Below, in pieces: positions 46,187 through 55,372 of a DNA stretch of 64,000 nucleotides; the stretch's first letter is position 1; every line of letters starts with the position of its first letter. The translations under genes were made by a program, and so were the position numbers. The stretch comes from Methanothrix sp. (GTDB lineage: Archaea; Halobacteriota; Methanosarcinia; Methanotrichales; Methanotrichaceae), in assembly GCF_011620785.1 (NCBI RefSeq), contig NZ_WOYM01000058.1. The stretch is one strand, 5' to 3'. The notes beneath the pieces were generated by a model, which did not search any database, was not told the DNA's origin, and saw only the letters and a program-made list of their open reading frames with translations.

Positions 46187-47178
46187 AGAAGCTCACCTAT
46201 GCCCAGGCAGGAGTGGACATCAGCCTGGAGAATAGGTCCATCGAGGCCATGAAGTCCGTTCTCACCACCAGGCGCAAAGGGTTCGGGGCGCCATTGACCG
46301 ATATAGGCCATTATGCAGGCCTCCTGGATATGGGAAGCTTTGCCCTGGCCATGACCACAGACGGGGTGGGTTCAAAGGTTCTGATCGCCAATGCCATCTC
46401 CAAGTGGGATACCGTGGGAATTGACTGCATAGCCATGAATGTGAACGACCTGTATGCCATCGGTGCCGAGCCCATAGCCTTTGTCGACTACCTGGCGGTG
46501 GAGAAGGTCGATCCCGAACGCGCCGAGCAGATAGCCATAGGTCTCGCCCGGGGTGCAGAGCTCTCCAATATGACCATCGTGGGAGGAGAGACCGCCTCCC
46601 TGCCTGAGATCATCCGGGGATTCGACCTGGCCGGAACCGCTATCGGCGTCGTGGACAAGGATAAGGTGGTGACCGGAGAGAAGATCAAGAAGGGGGATGT
46701 GCTGGTTGGGGTCCCCAGCAGCGGCCTGCACAGCAACGGCTACACTCTGGCCAGGGCCATTGTGGCCCAATCCGGATACACTTACTTCGATCGCCTGCCC
46801 GGAGGGGAAAAAAGCATAGGAGAGGAGCTTTTAGTTCCCACCAGAATCTATCATGAGATCGTAGAGCTGGTGGGAAGGTGCGATGTCCACGGCCTCGCGC
46901 ACATCACCGGCTCGGGACTGCTAAAGCTGCGCCGGATCAGCAATCTCGGATTCGAGATCACCGATCCGCTGGAACCCCAGCCCATCTTCCATTTCCTGCA
47001 AGAGCAGGGCAGGGTGGAGGATCTGGAGATGTACCAGACGTTCAACATGGGAATGGGCTTTTTGGTGGTGCTGGCGGAGGAAGAGGCCCAGGAAGCCTGC
47101 AGGATCATGGGATCTGGCTCTCGAGTCATAGGGTCGGTGGTAGGAGAGGGATTAAGAGCAGGCCATCTGGCCTTCTAG
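46183..47178 (+). CDS. purM: phosphoribosylformylglycinamidine cyclo-ligase (AIR synthase)
   Basis: 331 aa with TTDGVGSKV, DCIAMNVNDL and GGETASLPE motifs. It overlaps lysC by 4 nt. Confidence 0.95.
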   Translation: MKKLTYAQAGVDISLENRSIEAMKSVLTTRRKGFGAPLTDIGHYAGLLDMGSFALAMTTDGVGSKVLIANAISKWDTVGIDCIAMNVNDLYAIGAEPIAFVDYLAVEKVDPERAEQIAIGLARGAELSNMTIVGGETASLPEIIRGFDLAGTAIGVVDKDKVVTGEKIKKGDVLVGVPSSGLHSNGYTLARAIVAQSGYTYFDRLPGGEKSIGEELLVPTRIYHEIVELVGRCDVHGLAHITGSGLLKLRRISNLGFEITDPLEPQPIFHFLQEQGRVEDLEMYQTFNMGMGFLVVLAEEEAQEACRIMGSGSRVIGSVVGEGLRAGHLAF

Positions 47179-47205
47179 GCCTGCCTGTTTCATCTATTTC
47201 TCGAT

Positions 47206-47982
47206 CTATTCATTCTTCTCTATTTTATTCTCGCCGAACATCTCTTCAAGCTTCTCTTTTATCCTCTTGATGGACTGGATCGAAGGGCAGTCGGCATCTA
47301 TAGGAGGGGTGCCTGCCAGGTCCGCCTCCACCAGGCAGCGGTCGAAAGGTATGGTTCCCAGGACTGGAATTCCCATTGCCGAGAGCTTGTCCGCCACAGG
47401 ACCTGGGTTGTCCGCCTTGTTTATGACAGCAAAGTACCTGGAGATGCCGATCTCTTTGCCCAGCTGCATTATCCTCTCCACGGTCTCAATGGACCTCATC
47501 CCCGGCTCCACCACTGCGATCATGGCGTCGACGCCTCTGGCAGTAGCCCGGCCCAGATGCTCTATGCCCGCTTCCATATCCAGGATCACCAGATCCTTCT
47601 CCCGGGTTATTACATGGCGAAGGAGGGCTTTGACGAAGGCATTGGCGGGACACATGCAGCCTGATCCGCCGGAGTCGATGGTGCCCATGACCACCAGCTT
47701 GACGTTGTCCGGCCCGGTGCAGCCGCACATGCCTACAACATCGTCGACCTTGGGGTTCATCTTGAACATGCCCATGGGCATGCCCGCTCGCTCCTCAACC
47801 AGGTCCTTGTGTTCAGTGACCGGCTTGGGAAGCTCTTTTATCCCCAGGGCTGAGCCCAGGTTCATGCTCGGGTCGGCGTCGATCGCCAGGACGTTATAGC
47901 CGTCGCGCGCAAATAAACGGGCCAGGGTTCCGGCGAGGGTGGTTTTGCCCACGCCTCCTTTTCCTGAGATGGCAATTTTCAT
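47206..47982 (-). CDS. cooC: CooC/AcsF-type nickel-insertion ATPase
   Basis: Starts at ATG 47982 with MKIAISGKGGVGKTT (deviant Walker A). The C-x-C metal motif is in GGSGCMCPANAF. Confidence 0.85.
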   Translation of the reverse strand: MKIAISGKGGVGKTTLAGTLARLFARDGYNVLAIDADPSMNLGSALGIKELPKPVTEHKDLVEERAGMPMGMFKMNPKVDDVVGMCGCTGPDNVKLVVMGTIDSGGSGCMCPANAFVKALLRHVITREKDLVILDMEAGIEHLGRATARGVDAMIAVVEPGMRSIETVERIMQLGKEIGISRYFAVINKADNPGPVADKLSAMGIPVLGTIPFDRCLVEADLAGTPPIDADCPSIQSIKRIKEKLEEMFGENKIEKNE

Positions 47983-48149
47983 TTCATTTAACCTCTGTAA
48001 TTGTAGTAAGTCAGCGGTCAAGCCATAGAAATTTAACGGCTCGGACAAGAGAGATGCAGGTTTATATCGATTATGCATGATATGTATGAGGTGCGGATAA
48101 TCCGGATTTAATGCAACTGATGGATTACGGATCCGCAGGATAGACAGGG

Positions 48150-48296
48150 ATGATCGAGCGCATCAGAAAACGGGACGGAAGCGTGGTCGAGTTCCAGACC
48201 GAGAAGATTGCTCTGGCCATATCCAAAGCCTTTCGAGCCGTGGGCAGGGAAGAGGAAGATCAGAGAAGCCAAACGATATCTGGGGGTGGCAGGTGA
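48150..48296 (+). pseudogene. out-of-frame remnant of an ATP-cone domain in front of nrdJ
   Basis: The ORF from ATG 48150 reads MIERIRKRDGSVVEFQTEKIALAISKAFRAVG and then REEEDQRSQTISGGGR-stop (TGA 48294-48296). The first ~32 aa match the ATP-cone N-terminus. It lies in a different frame from the main RNR ORF and overlaps it from 48208. Confidence 0.6.
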
Positions 48297-50010
48297 CCTG
48301 AAGCTCTCAATCAATGCTGCGGAGGTGTTGAAGAAGAGGTATCTCTTAAGGGACGAGCGCGGCCTGGTGGTGGAGACGCCGGGAGAGATGTTCGGACGGG
48401 TGGCCGATCATATCTCCAAGGCCGAGTCCAAATATGGCGGCGATGTTGAAAGCTATCGATCTCTTTTCCTGCAGATGATGAGGAACCTGGAGTTTCTGCC
48501 CAACTCCCCCACCCTGATGAACTCCGGGCTGGAACTGGGGCAGCTATCGGCATGCTTCGTCCTTCCAGTGACGGATTCGCTCTCAGGGATATTCGATGCC
48601 CTGAAGAGCATGGCCCTCATCCACCAGAGTGGTGGAGGCACGGGATTCTCCTTCTCCCGGCTGCGGCCCAGGGACGATGTAGTCCGGGCCACTGGGGGAG
48701 TGGCCAGCGGACCGGTCTCCTTCATGCGCATCTTCGATACCGCGACCGATGTGATCAAGCAAGGCGGACGCCGGCGGGGGGCGAACATGGGAATATTGAG
48801 GGTCGACCATCCCGATATCATGGAGTTCATCGAGGCCAAGGAGCAGTCGGGATTCCTGGAGAACTTCAACCTCTCTGTGGCGGCGACAGACGAATTTATG
48901 GAAAAATCGCGGGGTGAGGGCGAGATCGACCTGATCAATCCGCGCACGGGCCTGGCGGCGGGCCGGCTGAAGGCAGCGGAGCTTTTGGGCCTTATCGCCA
49001 CCTCTGCCTGGAGGGGTGGCGACCCGGGGATCATCTTCATCGATCGCATCAATGCCGCCCACCCACTCCCAGGGGAGATCGAGGCCACAAACCCCTGCGG
49101 GGAGCAGCCTCTTCTCCCTTACGAGTCCTGCAACCTGGGCTCAATCAACCTCTCCCGGCTGGTGAGAAAAGGAGAGCTGGACTGGGATCGTTTGGCTGAG
49201 CTGGTCAGCCTGGGGGTGAGGTTTCTGGACAACGTAATCGAGATGAACCGCTTCCCTCTGAAAGAGATTGAGGAGGCGACCCTATCCACCCGCAAAATCG
49301 GCCTGGGGGTGATGGGATTTGCCGATATGCTCATCCAGATGAACATCTCCTATGCCTCGCCCCAGGCTGTGGCCCTGGCGGAGAAGCTGATGGGATTCAT
49401 CAGCGAGCACGCCCGCGCCCAGTCGGCGCGCCTGGGTGAGGAGAGGGGATCGTTCCCCCTGTTTGATAGCTCACGCCTGCGGGGGTGGAGCGCAATGAGA
49501 AACGCCACGGTGACCACCATCGCCCCCACCGGTACCATCAGCATCATCGCCGGGACGAGCAGCGGCATTGAGCCGCTCTTTGCATTGGCATTCGTGCGCC
49601 GGGTGCTGGAGGGGGCGCGGCTGCTGGAGGTCTCGCCGCTCTTTGAGAAGATGGCGATGGAAAGGGGGATTTATACCCCGGATCTCAAGGCTGAGCTGGC
49701 CCGGAGGGGCAGTGTGCAGGAGATCGCTGGCCTGCCCCAGGATCTAAAGGAGCTGTTCCGCACTGCTCTTGACATCTCCCCTCAGCAGCATGTGCGCATT
49801 CAGGCCGCCTTCCAAAAATATACCGACAATGCAGTATCCAAGACGGTGAACCTGCCCGCAGAGGCGACGACAAGCGACGTGCTCCAGGTTTACAGACTGG
49901 CCTACGAAATGGGATGCAAGGGGGTGACAGTCTTCAGATATGGCAGCCGAAGCCAGGTGCTCTATCTAGGAAATGGGGAGACAGTTCCTGGGTGCAAGTA
50001 CTGCGGATAG
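48208..50010 (+). CDS. nrdJ: ribonucleotide reductase, class II (adenosylcobalamin-dependent) type
   Basis: 600 aa. Motifs are LSINAAEVLKKRYLL, the NPCGEQPLLPYESCNLGSINL thiyl-Cys loop and TIAPTGTISIIAGTSSGIEP, with a C-terminal Cys pair (PGCKYCG). The TTG start assigned by the track is uncertain. Confidence 0.9.
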   Translation: MLWPYPKPFEPWAGKRKIREAKRYLGVAGDLKLSINAAEVLKKRYLLRDERGLVVETPGEMFGRVADHISKAESKYGGDVESYRSLFLQMMRNLEFLPNSPTLMNSGLELGQLSACFVLPVTDSLSGIFDALKSMALIHQSGGGTGFSFSRLRPRDDVVRATGGVASGPVSFMRIFDTATDVIKQGGRRRGANMGILRVDHPDIMEFIEAKEQSGFLENFNLSVAATDEFMEKSRGEGEIDLINPRTGLAAGRLKAAELLGLIATSAWRGGDPGIIFIDRINAAHPLPGEIEATNPCGEQPLLPYESCNLGSINLSRLVRKGELDWDRLAELVSLGVRFLDNVIEMNRFPLKEIEEATLSTRKIGLGVMGFADMLIQMNISYASPQAVALAEKLMGFISEHARAQSARLGEERGSFPLFDSSRLRGWSAMRNATVTTIAPTGTISIIAGTSSGIEPLFALAFVRRVLEGARLLEVSPLFEKMAMERGIYTPDLKAELARRGSVQEIAGLPQDLKELFRTALDISPQQHVRIQAAFQKYTDNAVSKTVNLPAEATTSDVLQVYRLAYEMGCKGVTVFRYGSRSQVLYLGNGETVPGCKYCG

Positions 50011-50022
50011 TTCCAGAGGATA

Positions 50023-50799
50023 TCATCTCTCCATCGCTTTTCTTCTCAATTCCGCGGGCATCTTCTCTATGGTATAGCGCAGAGACGTTCTGGGCATGAC
50101 GGCCTTGTTTTTCATCACATAGTCGAAGACCTCGGCCTGATGAGTTCTGCTCGCCTCTTTTAAAAGCCAGCCATATCCCTTCTGCACCATGTCGTCCTTA
50201 TCCAGAAGGAGGATGTCAGCGATCATGAATACCTCCGGCAGAAAGTCGCCCCTGCGAGCGGGGAGGATGAGGGTCACAGCCGAGGCCCGCCGCACCCATC
50301 GGTTGTCTGACCGGGCCCAGCCAAAGAGATTCTCCATGTACTGGGGATACAATTCAATGAAGTTTCCCAGGGTATGGTTGCATAGGGTGTCGCACTTCGC
50401 CCAGTTGTTCACATATCGCTCAAGCCAGCCCTTGAAGATTGTGAAGTCGGAGGGCTCATATTGGCTGCGCAAGGTGTAGGCCCACTCAAAAGCGATGAAC
50501 GCCTCCTCCCCATAATCTGAGCGGAGAAGCTCTTCGCAGAGGGTGAAGATCTCCCCTTTGTCCCTCCCTTTTATCTCCCGGTAATATTTGGTCGCGATCT
50601 TCCTGACCAGGCTGGATTTGACACCGTAAAACTTGACCTCCTCCTTGAAAAAACGCGATGCTCCGTCTCTGGTCTTCTCGTCGATTCCCTCAATCAGCTC
50701 TTGGCGTAACCTGGTCAGGACATGCTCATCCATATCCTCAACTGCAGAATCGCTTAGATCAAAAGATCTTCGCTGAAAGGAGGGCTCAGCTATCTTCAT
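50023..50799 (-). CDS. DNA alkylation repair (AlkD-like HEAT-repeat) protein
   Basis: 258 aa. The family-typical segments are NRWVRRASAVTLILPARRG and DMVQKGYGWLLKEASR. Confidence 0.8.
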   Translation of the reverse strand: MKIAEPSFQRRSFDLSDSAVEDMDEHVLTRLRQELIEGIDEKTRDGASRFFKEEVKFYGVKSSLVRKIATKYYREIKGRDKGEIFTLCEELLRSDYGEEAFIAFEWAYTLRSQYEPSDFTIFKGWLERYVNNWAKCDTLCNHTLGNFIELYPQYMENLFGWARSDNRWVRRASAVTLILPARRGDFLPEVFMIADILLLDKDDMVQKGYGWLLKEASRTHQAEVFDYVMKNKAVMPRTSLRYTIEKMPAELRRKAMER

Positions 50800-50966
50800 T
50801 CACGCCATGCTTTACATTACTGCAATTGTCCGGATGGAAAGGGCTAAATATAATAGACATCTGTGATGTTTTTGTTAAGTAAATCAAATCAAGAGATGCG
50901 CGAGAGATTCGGGGCCCACCTCCTCCCTGAATCTCTCAGGCGGCCCTTTCAGTGAGAGCTTTTTCG

Positions 50967-51197
50967 CTATTCCTCTCCTGCTGCCTCATCCATCTCGAAA
51001 TCCATAGATTCTGCCAGTTCATTGATCAAAGGCCCGAGCTTGTCCTTCATCTCCGGCTTCAATTCGATCAGCTTGAAGAATATCATCATCTTGCTGGCCA
51101 GGCTGATATCCTCAAGCTCTGCACCAATCCCTTCCAGGCAATCATTGATTGAAATGAGGGTATCAGAGATCTCCTGCAGAACCTCAATTTGAGTCAT
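50967..51197 (-). CDS. small acidic hypothetical protein
   Basis: 76-aa helical, acidic ORF. It is followed by a 9-bp-stem hairpin (GAGAGATTC...GAATCTCTC) at 50908-50943. Confidence 0.4.
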   Translation of the reverse strand: MTQIEVLQEISDTLISINDCLEGIGAELEDISLASKMMIFFKLIELKPEMKDKLGPLINELAESMDFEMDEAAGEE

Positions 51198-51288
51198 TCA
51201 TTCAACACCTACTTCCCGTCCTGCATGGAGTAGTTGAAATAACTGACCCTCGATAGCAGCACAATTGCAGAATTGAACCAGCCTTCCT

Positions 51289-51960
51289 TTATATAATCCC
51301 CAAATAAACCGGCAGAGCGATCAGTATCACAGGCAGGCCGACCAGAGCCCAGACCCGCCGGTCGCTGTCGAAGATCTTCTTTCCATCCAGGGGTCCGAAG
51401 GGCAGCATATTGAAGGCCGCCAGGATCAGGTTGATGAAGAGGGCAAATGTAATCGCCTGCGCCCAGACTTCGCCATCTGCCAGGCCGCTCATCCCCAGAA
51501 TGAAGAAGAAAGCCGCCAGCACGATGTTGGTCATCGGCCCGGCCAGAGATATTAAGAGCATCTCTCTTTTCAGCTGGCTGGCCAGCTCCTCCTGACGAAA
51601 CGGATCGGGGACGGTAGAGCCATATATGCTGTCTTGAATATATGTCTGGACAGGGGGTCGGGACCGGCTGATCATCACCGCTCCCGGAGCGGCGATGAGA
51701 AGGCCGGCGAAGGCTGAAGCCACCGCCAGACCGAGGCCCCAGAGATTGGCCCGGTATTCGGCCAGATATCCAAAATGCTGGGCAGTGAACTTATGAGCCA
51801 GTTCATGGAGGAGAAATCCGCTGGCAACACCCAGAGTGGAGACGATGATCATATTCATATCAAGCACCGCCCCTCCAAAAAGCACCGAGAAGGCTATTAC
51901 CAGGGCGATCAATGATATGACCAGGTCCCTCAATTCAGTAACGCTTATGCCCAACATCAT
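51289..51960 (-). CDS. M50-family (site-2 protease-like) membrane metalloprotease
   Basis: 223-aa polytopic ORF. It has the HELAHKF zinc motif, and a later NLILAAFNMLPFGPLDG (LDG) motif. Confidence 0.85.
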   Translation of the reverse strand: MMLGISVTELRDLVISLIALVIAFSVLFGGAVLDMNMIIVSTLGVASGFLLHELAHKFTAQHFGYLAEYRANLWGLGLAVASAFAGLLIAAPGAVMISRSRPPVQTYIQDSIYGSTVPDPFRQEELASQLKREMLLISLAGPMTNIVLAAFFFILGMSGLADGEVWAQAITFALFINLILAAFNMLPFGPLDGKKIFDSDRRVWALVGLPVILIALPVYLGII

Positions 51961-52208
51961 TCTATTGACCTGGTACCCTTGCCGCTTTTGCTTTGCATCT
52001 CTGTTGGCCGTCTAATGAAGATCTTGATCGATCTCTCCCCTGGCATATCTATTCAGGATGGCGCTGATCCCTTCATAGCCAGGGCTTCCTTTCTTCATCT
52101 TATCGACGACTTGAACTATCTGCTCGTACACGGGCTATTGGTGTAACAGGTTGATATTTATCTCTTATCAAGAAAACGATTTATACCTAGAGCTTGATCT
52201 CCCGCCTC

Positions 52209-53303
52209 ATGGGAAAAGTATTCGTGAGCCCTCTGAACTGGGGTTTGGGCCACTCCACCAGGGATATTCCCATCATTGAGGAGCTACTCCGAAGGGGCCA
52301 CGAGGTCACCATTGGCACCAGCGGCAATGCCCTGGCCCTTCTGAAGAGGGAATTCCCGGAATGCGATTTCATAACATTCAAGGACTATCCTGCCCCCTAC
52401 AGCTCCACCCGGTTCTTCCTGCCCAAGTTCGCTGCCAGCATTCCCATCCTCCTCCGCGCTCTGGCCAGGGAGAGAAAGAAGCTGGACGAGATCCTCACCA
52501 GGAATAAGTTTGATCTGATAATAAGCGACAACCGCATGGGGGTCTACAGCCACGACATTCCCAGCTACTTCATCTCCCATCAGCTCCGCTTCAGCCTGCC
52601 CCAGTACCTCTACCCTTTTGAGATGCTCACCATTCCCGTGAACAGCTTCGTTCATGTCAAGTTCGACGGAGTCATTGTGCCGGATATCTATCCCTGGGCG
52701 GGCCAGCCGAACCTGAGCGGCAAGCTCAGCCGATCCCGCTTGGATGCCACCAACAAAAGAGCCTATTTCGCCGGAATCTTCACCAGCACCAGGAAGATGA
52801 ATCTGGATGAAGACCTGGATTATCTGATCATCATCTCAGGACCCGAGCCCCAGAGGACGAAGCTGGAGGAGATCATCTTAAAGCAGGTGCAAAAGCTCCC
52901 CGGGGAGAAGGTGGTGCTCCTGGGAAGCCCTCAGAAGGAGAGGCACGAGAAGCTGGATGATCACACCACAGTTCACTCTTACCTATCCACGGAGGATAAA
53001 GTGGAGCTGATGAACCGGGCCCGCTTTCTGATCACCAGGTCCGGCTATACCACCATGATGGAGATGGTGGAGCTGGACAAAAAGCATGGGCTGTTCATCC
53101 CCACCCCCGGCCAGACGGAGCAGGAGTATCTCTCCCGCTACTATGCCCGGCAAGGCTGGTTCCTCTCCCGCAGCCAGTACAAGCTCCGCCTTCCCCAGGA
53201 CGTGCAGGAGGCGATGAACGACCAGGGCTTCCCGGAGATGACTAAGACGGCGGAGAACGTCAAGAGGCTCTATGAGGAACTCTTCGTGCAGCATCTGAGC
53301 TGA
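52209..53303 (+). CDS. GT1/GT28-like glycosyltransferase (MurG/UGT-like)
   Basis: The N-terminus is MGKVFVSPLNWGLGHSTRDIPIIEELLRRGHEV. The C-terminal half has ITRSGYTTMMEMVEL. Confidence 0.8.
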   Translation: MGKVFVSPLNWGLGHSTRDIPIIEELLRRGHEVTIGTSGNALALLKREFPECDFITFKDYPAPYSSTRFFLPKFAASIPILLRALARERKKLDEILTRNKFDLIISDNRMGVYSHDIPSYFISHQLRFSLPQYLYPFEMLTIPVNSFVHVKFDGVIVPDIYPWAGQPNLSGKLSRSRLDATNKRAYFAGIFTSTRKMNLDEDLDYLIIISGPEPQRTKLEEIILKQVQKLPGEKVVLLGSPQKERHEKLDDHTTVHSYLSTEDKVELMNRARFLITRSGYTTMMEMVELDKKHGLFIPTPGQTEQEYLSRYYARQGWFLSRSQYKLRLPQDVQEAMNDQGFPEMTKTAENVKRLYEELFVQHLS

Positions 53304-53337
53304 AATGTGATCTGTCTATTCCGCAGCAGACAGAGTG

Positions 53338-53949
53338 CTACCAATAATTGCGAAGCATCTCATGCACCCGACACCAACTCTCCATTATCTCTGGACCGAA
53401 GAGCTCTTTCGGCAAAAGATCGATCATCTGCCCAAGGTACCTGACTTTCCTCTCCATCAACTCCCGGGCACAGAGAGAATCAATATCCTCCATCATATCC
53501 GCTGCCAGTAGGCGGGAGGAGCGAATGCAATGCTCAAGCCTCAGCCGGACATCATCCGGATGGCAGTTCAGGCCTCCTGTATCCTGATAAATCACCCTTC
53601 CCAGCTCACTGAAGGCCTCGATGAACAGGCTGAAAGACGACTGATCAGAATCGCAGCGCCCGTGAGTGGCAGCATAGCCGCAACCCTGGCAGCTTCGGCT
53701 CTGGCCATACTGGACGCAAAAAGGGCAGGTCCCGGGCCGGGTGGGCAAGTGGCCGAGTATTATAAGAGAGAAGGCGCGGGCGAACTTATGCTGCTTTTCG
53801 GGCGGGACCTTTTCCAGGCGGCGGGATAAGAGTTCCAGCCAGTAAATCAGCTCCTGGCAGCCGGTGACGATCCCCTTCCTGGCCATATCAAGGGAGGCAG
53901 CATCGATCGATGCCGCCGCCGCCTCCAGTTCCTTTGCTCTATCGCTCAT
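53338..53949 (-). CDS. Cys-rich hypothetical protein (last gene of the hydantoinase/HDAC operon)
   Basis: I chose the start at ATG 53949; TTG 53988 is also possible. The metal-binding-like cluster is CPFCVQYGQSRSCQGCGYAATHGRC. Confidence 0.55.
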   Translation of the reverse strand: MSDRAKELEAAAASIDAASLDMARKGIVTGCQELIYWLELLSRRLEKVPPEKQHKFARAFSLIILGHLPTRPGTCPFCVQYGQSRSCQGCGYAATHGRCDSDQSSFSLFIEAFSELGRVIYQDTGGLNCHPDDVRLRLEHCIRSSRLLAADMMEDIDSLCARELMERKVRYLGQMIDLLPKELFGPEIMESWCRVHEMLRNYW

Positions 53950-54007
53950 ATAGCTCGCAGAAGACCAGTATAGGCCGGTATGGCCCAACTTTCAATATGC
54001 CTGGCCC

Positions 54008-55372
54008 TCAGTACCCCTTCTGGGTATGGGTCATATTGTTGCAGAACTTGAACTTGTCCCGGTCCTTGTCCTGTAGATAGACATACCCTATCCTGCGATC
54101 CTCCAGATGCTCCTCATACTCCTCTTTTGCATCCTCCCGGCAGGACGAGCAGGCACCGCGAGGGATGGAGACGCAGAAGGCATTGTTCAAGGTGCCATAT
54201 CCCCTCTGGGCTGAGCTGGTGATGGTCATGTATCCCGGGCAGTCCGGACAGAGCCTGACCGACTCCTCCTGGCTCTCATTGATCATGTCCGTATCGTAAA
54301 AGACCCTCTTCTTCCGGCGGTAGAAGTCGCCCAGACTCTCCAGGGCCATCTGGACCATCTCCTCCCTCTTCGCCCAGGCCTCATTCACCTGCTCCACCGT
54401 TTTCTTGATCTCCCGCCACATGGCATCGGTCTGCACAAAGGCTCCAGGAACATAATCCGGCTCGCGTACATGGGAGTAGTCAAGGCCGGCCATGGCCAGG
54501 ATGATGCCGGTGTTCACATAGGGAAGAGCGCTTTCCACCGCATAGCCTCCCTCCAGGACGCAGATATCTGGAGCAAGCTTCTCATTGAGCCGGGCATAGC
54601 CATTGGCAGAGAACCGCATATTAGCTAGAGGATCAGTGTAGTGGTTGTCCTGGCCGGCGGAGTTCAGGACCAGATCCGGCTTGAACTCCTCCAGGATGGG
54701 CAGGATGAGATTGTCCAGAACATAATGGATGCCCTCGTCTGTGGTGCCCGGAGGCAGGGGAACGTTCAGGGTGCGCGCCAGTGCCTGCGGCCCGCCGATC
54801 TCATTGACGAAACCGGACCCAGGATAGAGGGTATGCCCGTCCTGGTGGAAGGATATGCACAGGACACTGGGATCATGCCAGAAGATCTCCTGAGTGCCGT
54901 CGCCGTGATGCACATCCGTATCGATCACCGCGAGCCTCTTATGGCCATATCTGGTCCTCAGGTACTCGACAAGTATAGCCATATTGTTGATATTGCAAAA
55001 TCCCCGGTTGCCGTGCACCACCCGCATGCTGTGGTGGCCTGGCGGGCGCACCAGGGCAAAGCCGTTTCTGATCTCCCCTTTCTCCAGGGCATCGGCCAGG
55101 GTGAGGGTGCTTCCGGCGGCAATGAGATGGGCCTCGGTCACCTGGCTCTCCACATCTGGAACGCAGAAATGGGTGCGAGCGATGTCCTTGTTCTCTGCCA
55201 ATCGAGGCTTGTACTCCTCGATCTGGGGGAGGTCCATCAGCCCCTCCTCGAAGATCTGGTCCCGGGTATAAAGCAGCCTCTCCTCTCTCTCTGGGTGGGT
55301 GGGCGAGATGGCCCAGTCGAAGGCGGGGAAGAATATCAGGCCGGTCTTTCCCGCTCTTGCAGTAGAAGCCAT
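54008..55372 (-). CDS. histone-deacetylase-family (HDAC/AcuC/APAH-like) amidohydrolase with a C-terminal Cys-rich extension
   Basis: 454 aa with LVRPPGHHS, GFCNINN, IDTDVHHGDGTQ and YPGSGF. The extra ~110-aa tail carries CPDCPG...C...CSSC. Confidence 0.9.
   Translation of the reverse strand: MASTARAGKTGLIFFPAFDWAISPTHPEREERLLYTRDQIFEEGLMDLPQIEEYKPRLAENKDIARTHFCVPDVESQVTEAHLIAAGSTLTLADALEKGEIRNGFALVRPPGHHSMRVVHGNRGFCNINNMAILVEYLRTRYGHKRLAVIDTDVHHGDGTQEIFWHDPSVLCISFHQDGHTLYPGSGFVNEIGGPQALARTLNVPLPPGTTDEGIHYVLDNLILPILEEFKPDLVLNSAGQDNHYTDPLANMRFSANGYARLNEKLAPDICVLEGGYAVESALPYVNTGIILAMAGLDYSHVREPDYVPGAFVQTDAMWREIKKTVEQVNEAWAKREEMVQMALESLGDFYRRKKRVFYDTDMINESQEESVRLCPDCPGYMTITSSAQRGYGTLNNAFCVSIPRGACSSCREDAKEEYEEHLEDRRIGYVYLQDKDRDKFKFCNNMTHTQKGY

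Noticed and set aside
42389-50010. Inteins in EF-2, the class II RNR or (elsewhere) the PolD small subunit.
   Set aside because: Protein lengths (731, 600 and 492 aa) and uninterrupted motif spacing leave no room for an intein insertion.
52012-52131. A 39-codon GTG ORF on the minus strand (VYEQIVQVVDKMKKGSPGYEGISAILNRYARGEIDQDLH) upstream of the M50 protease gene.
   Set aside because: It is plausible-looking, but short, GTG-initiated directly after an in-frame stop, and without an SD or any family recognition. The evidence is insufficient to call it.
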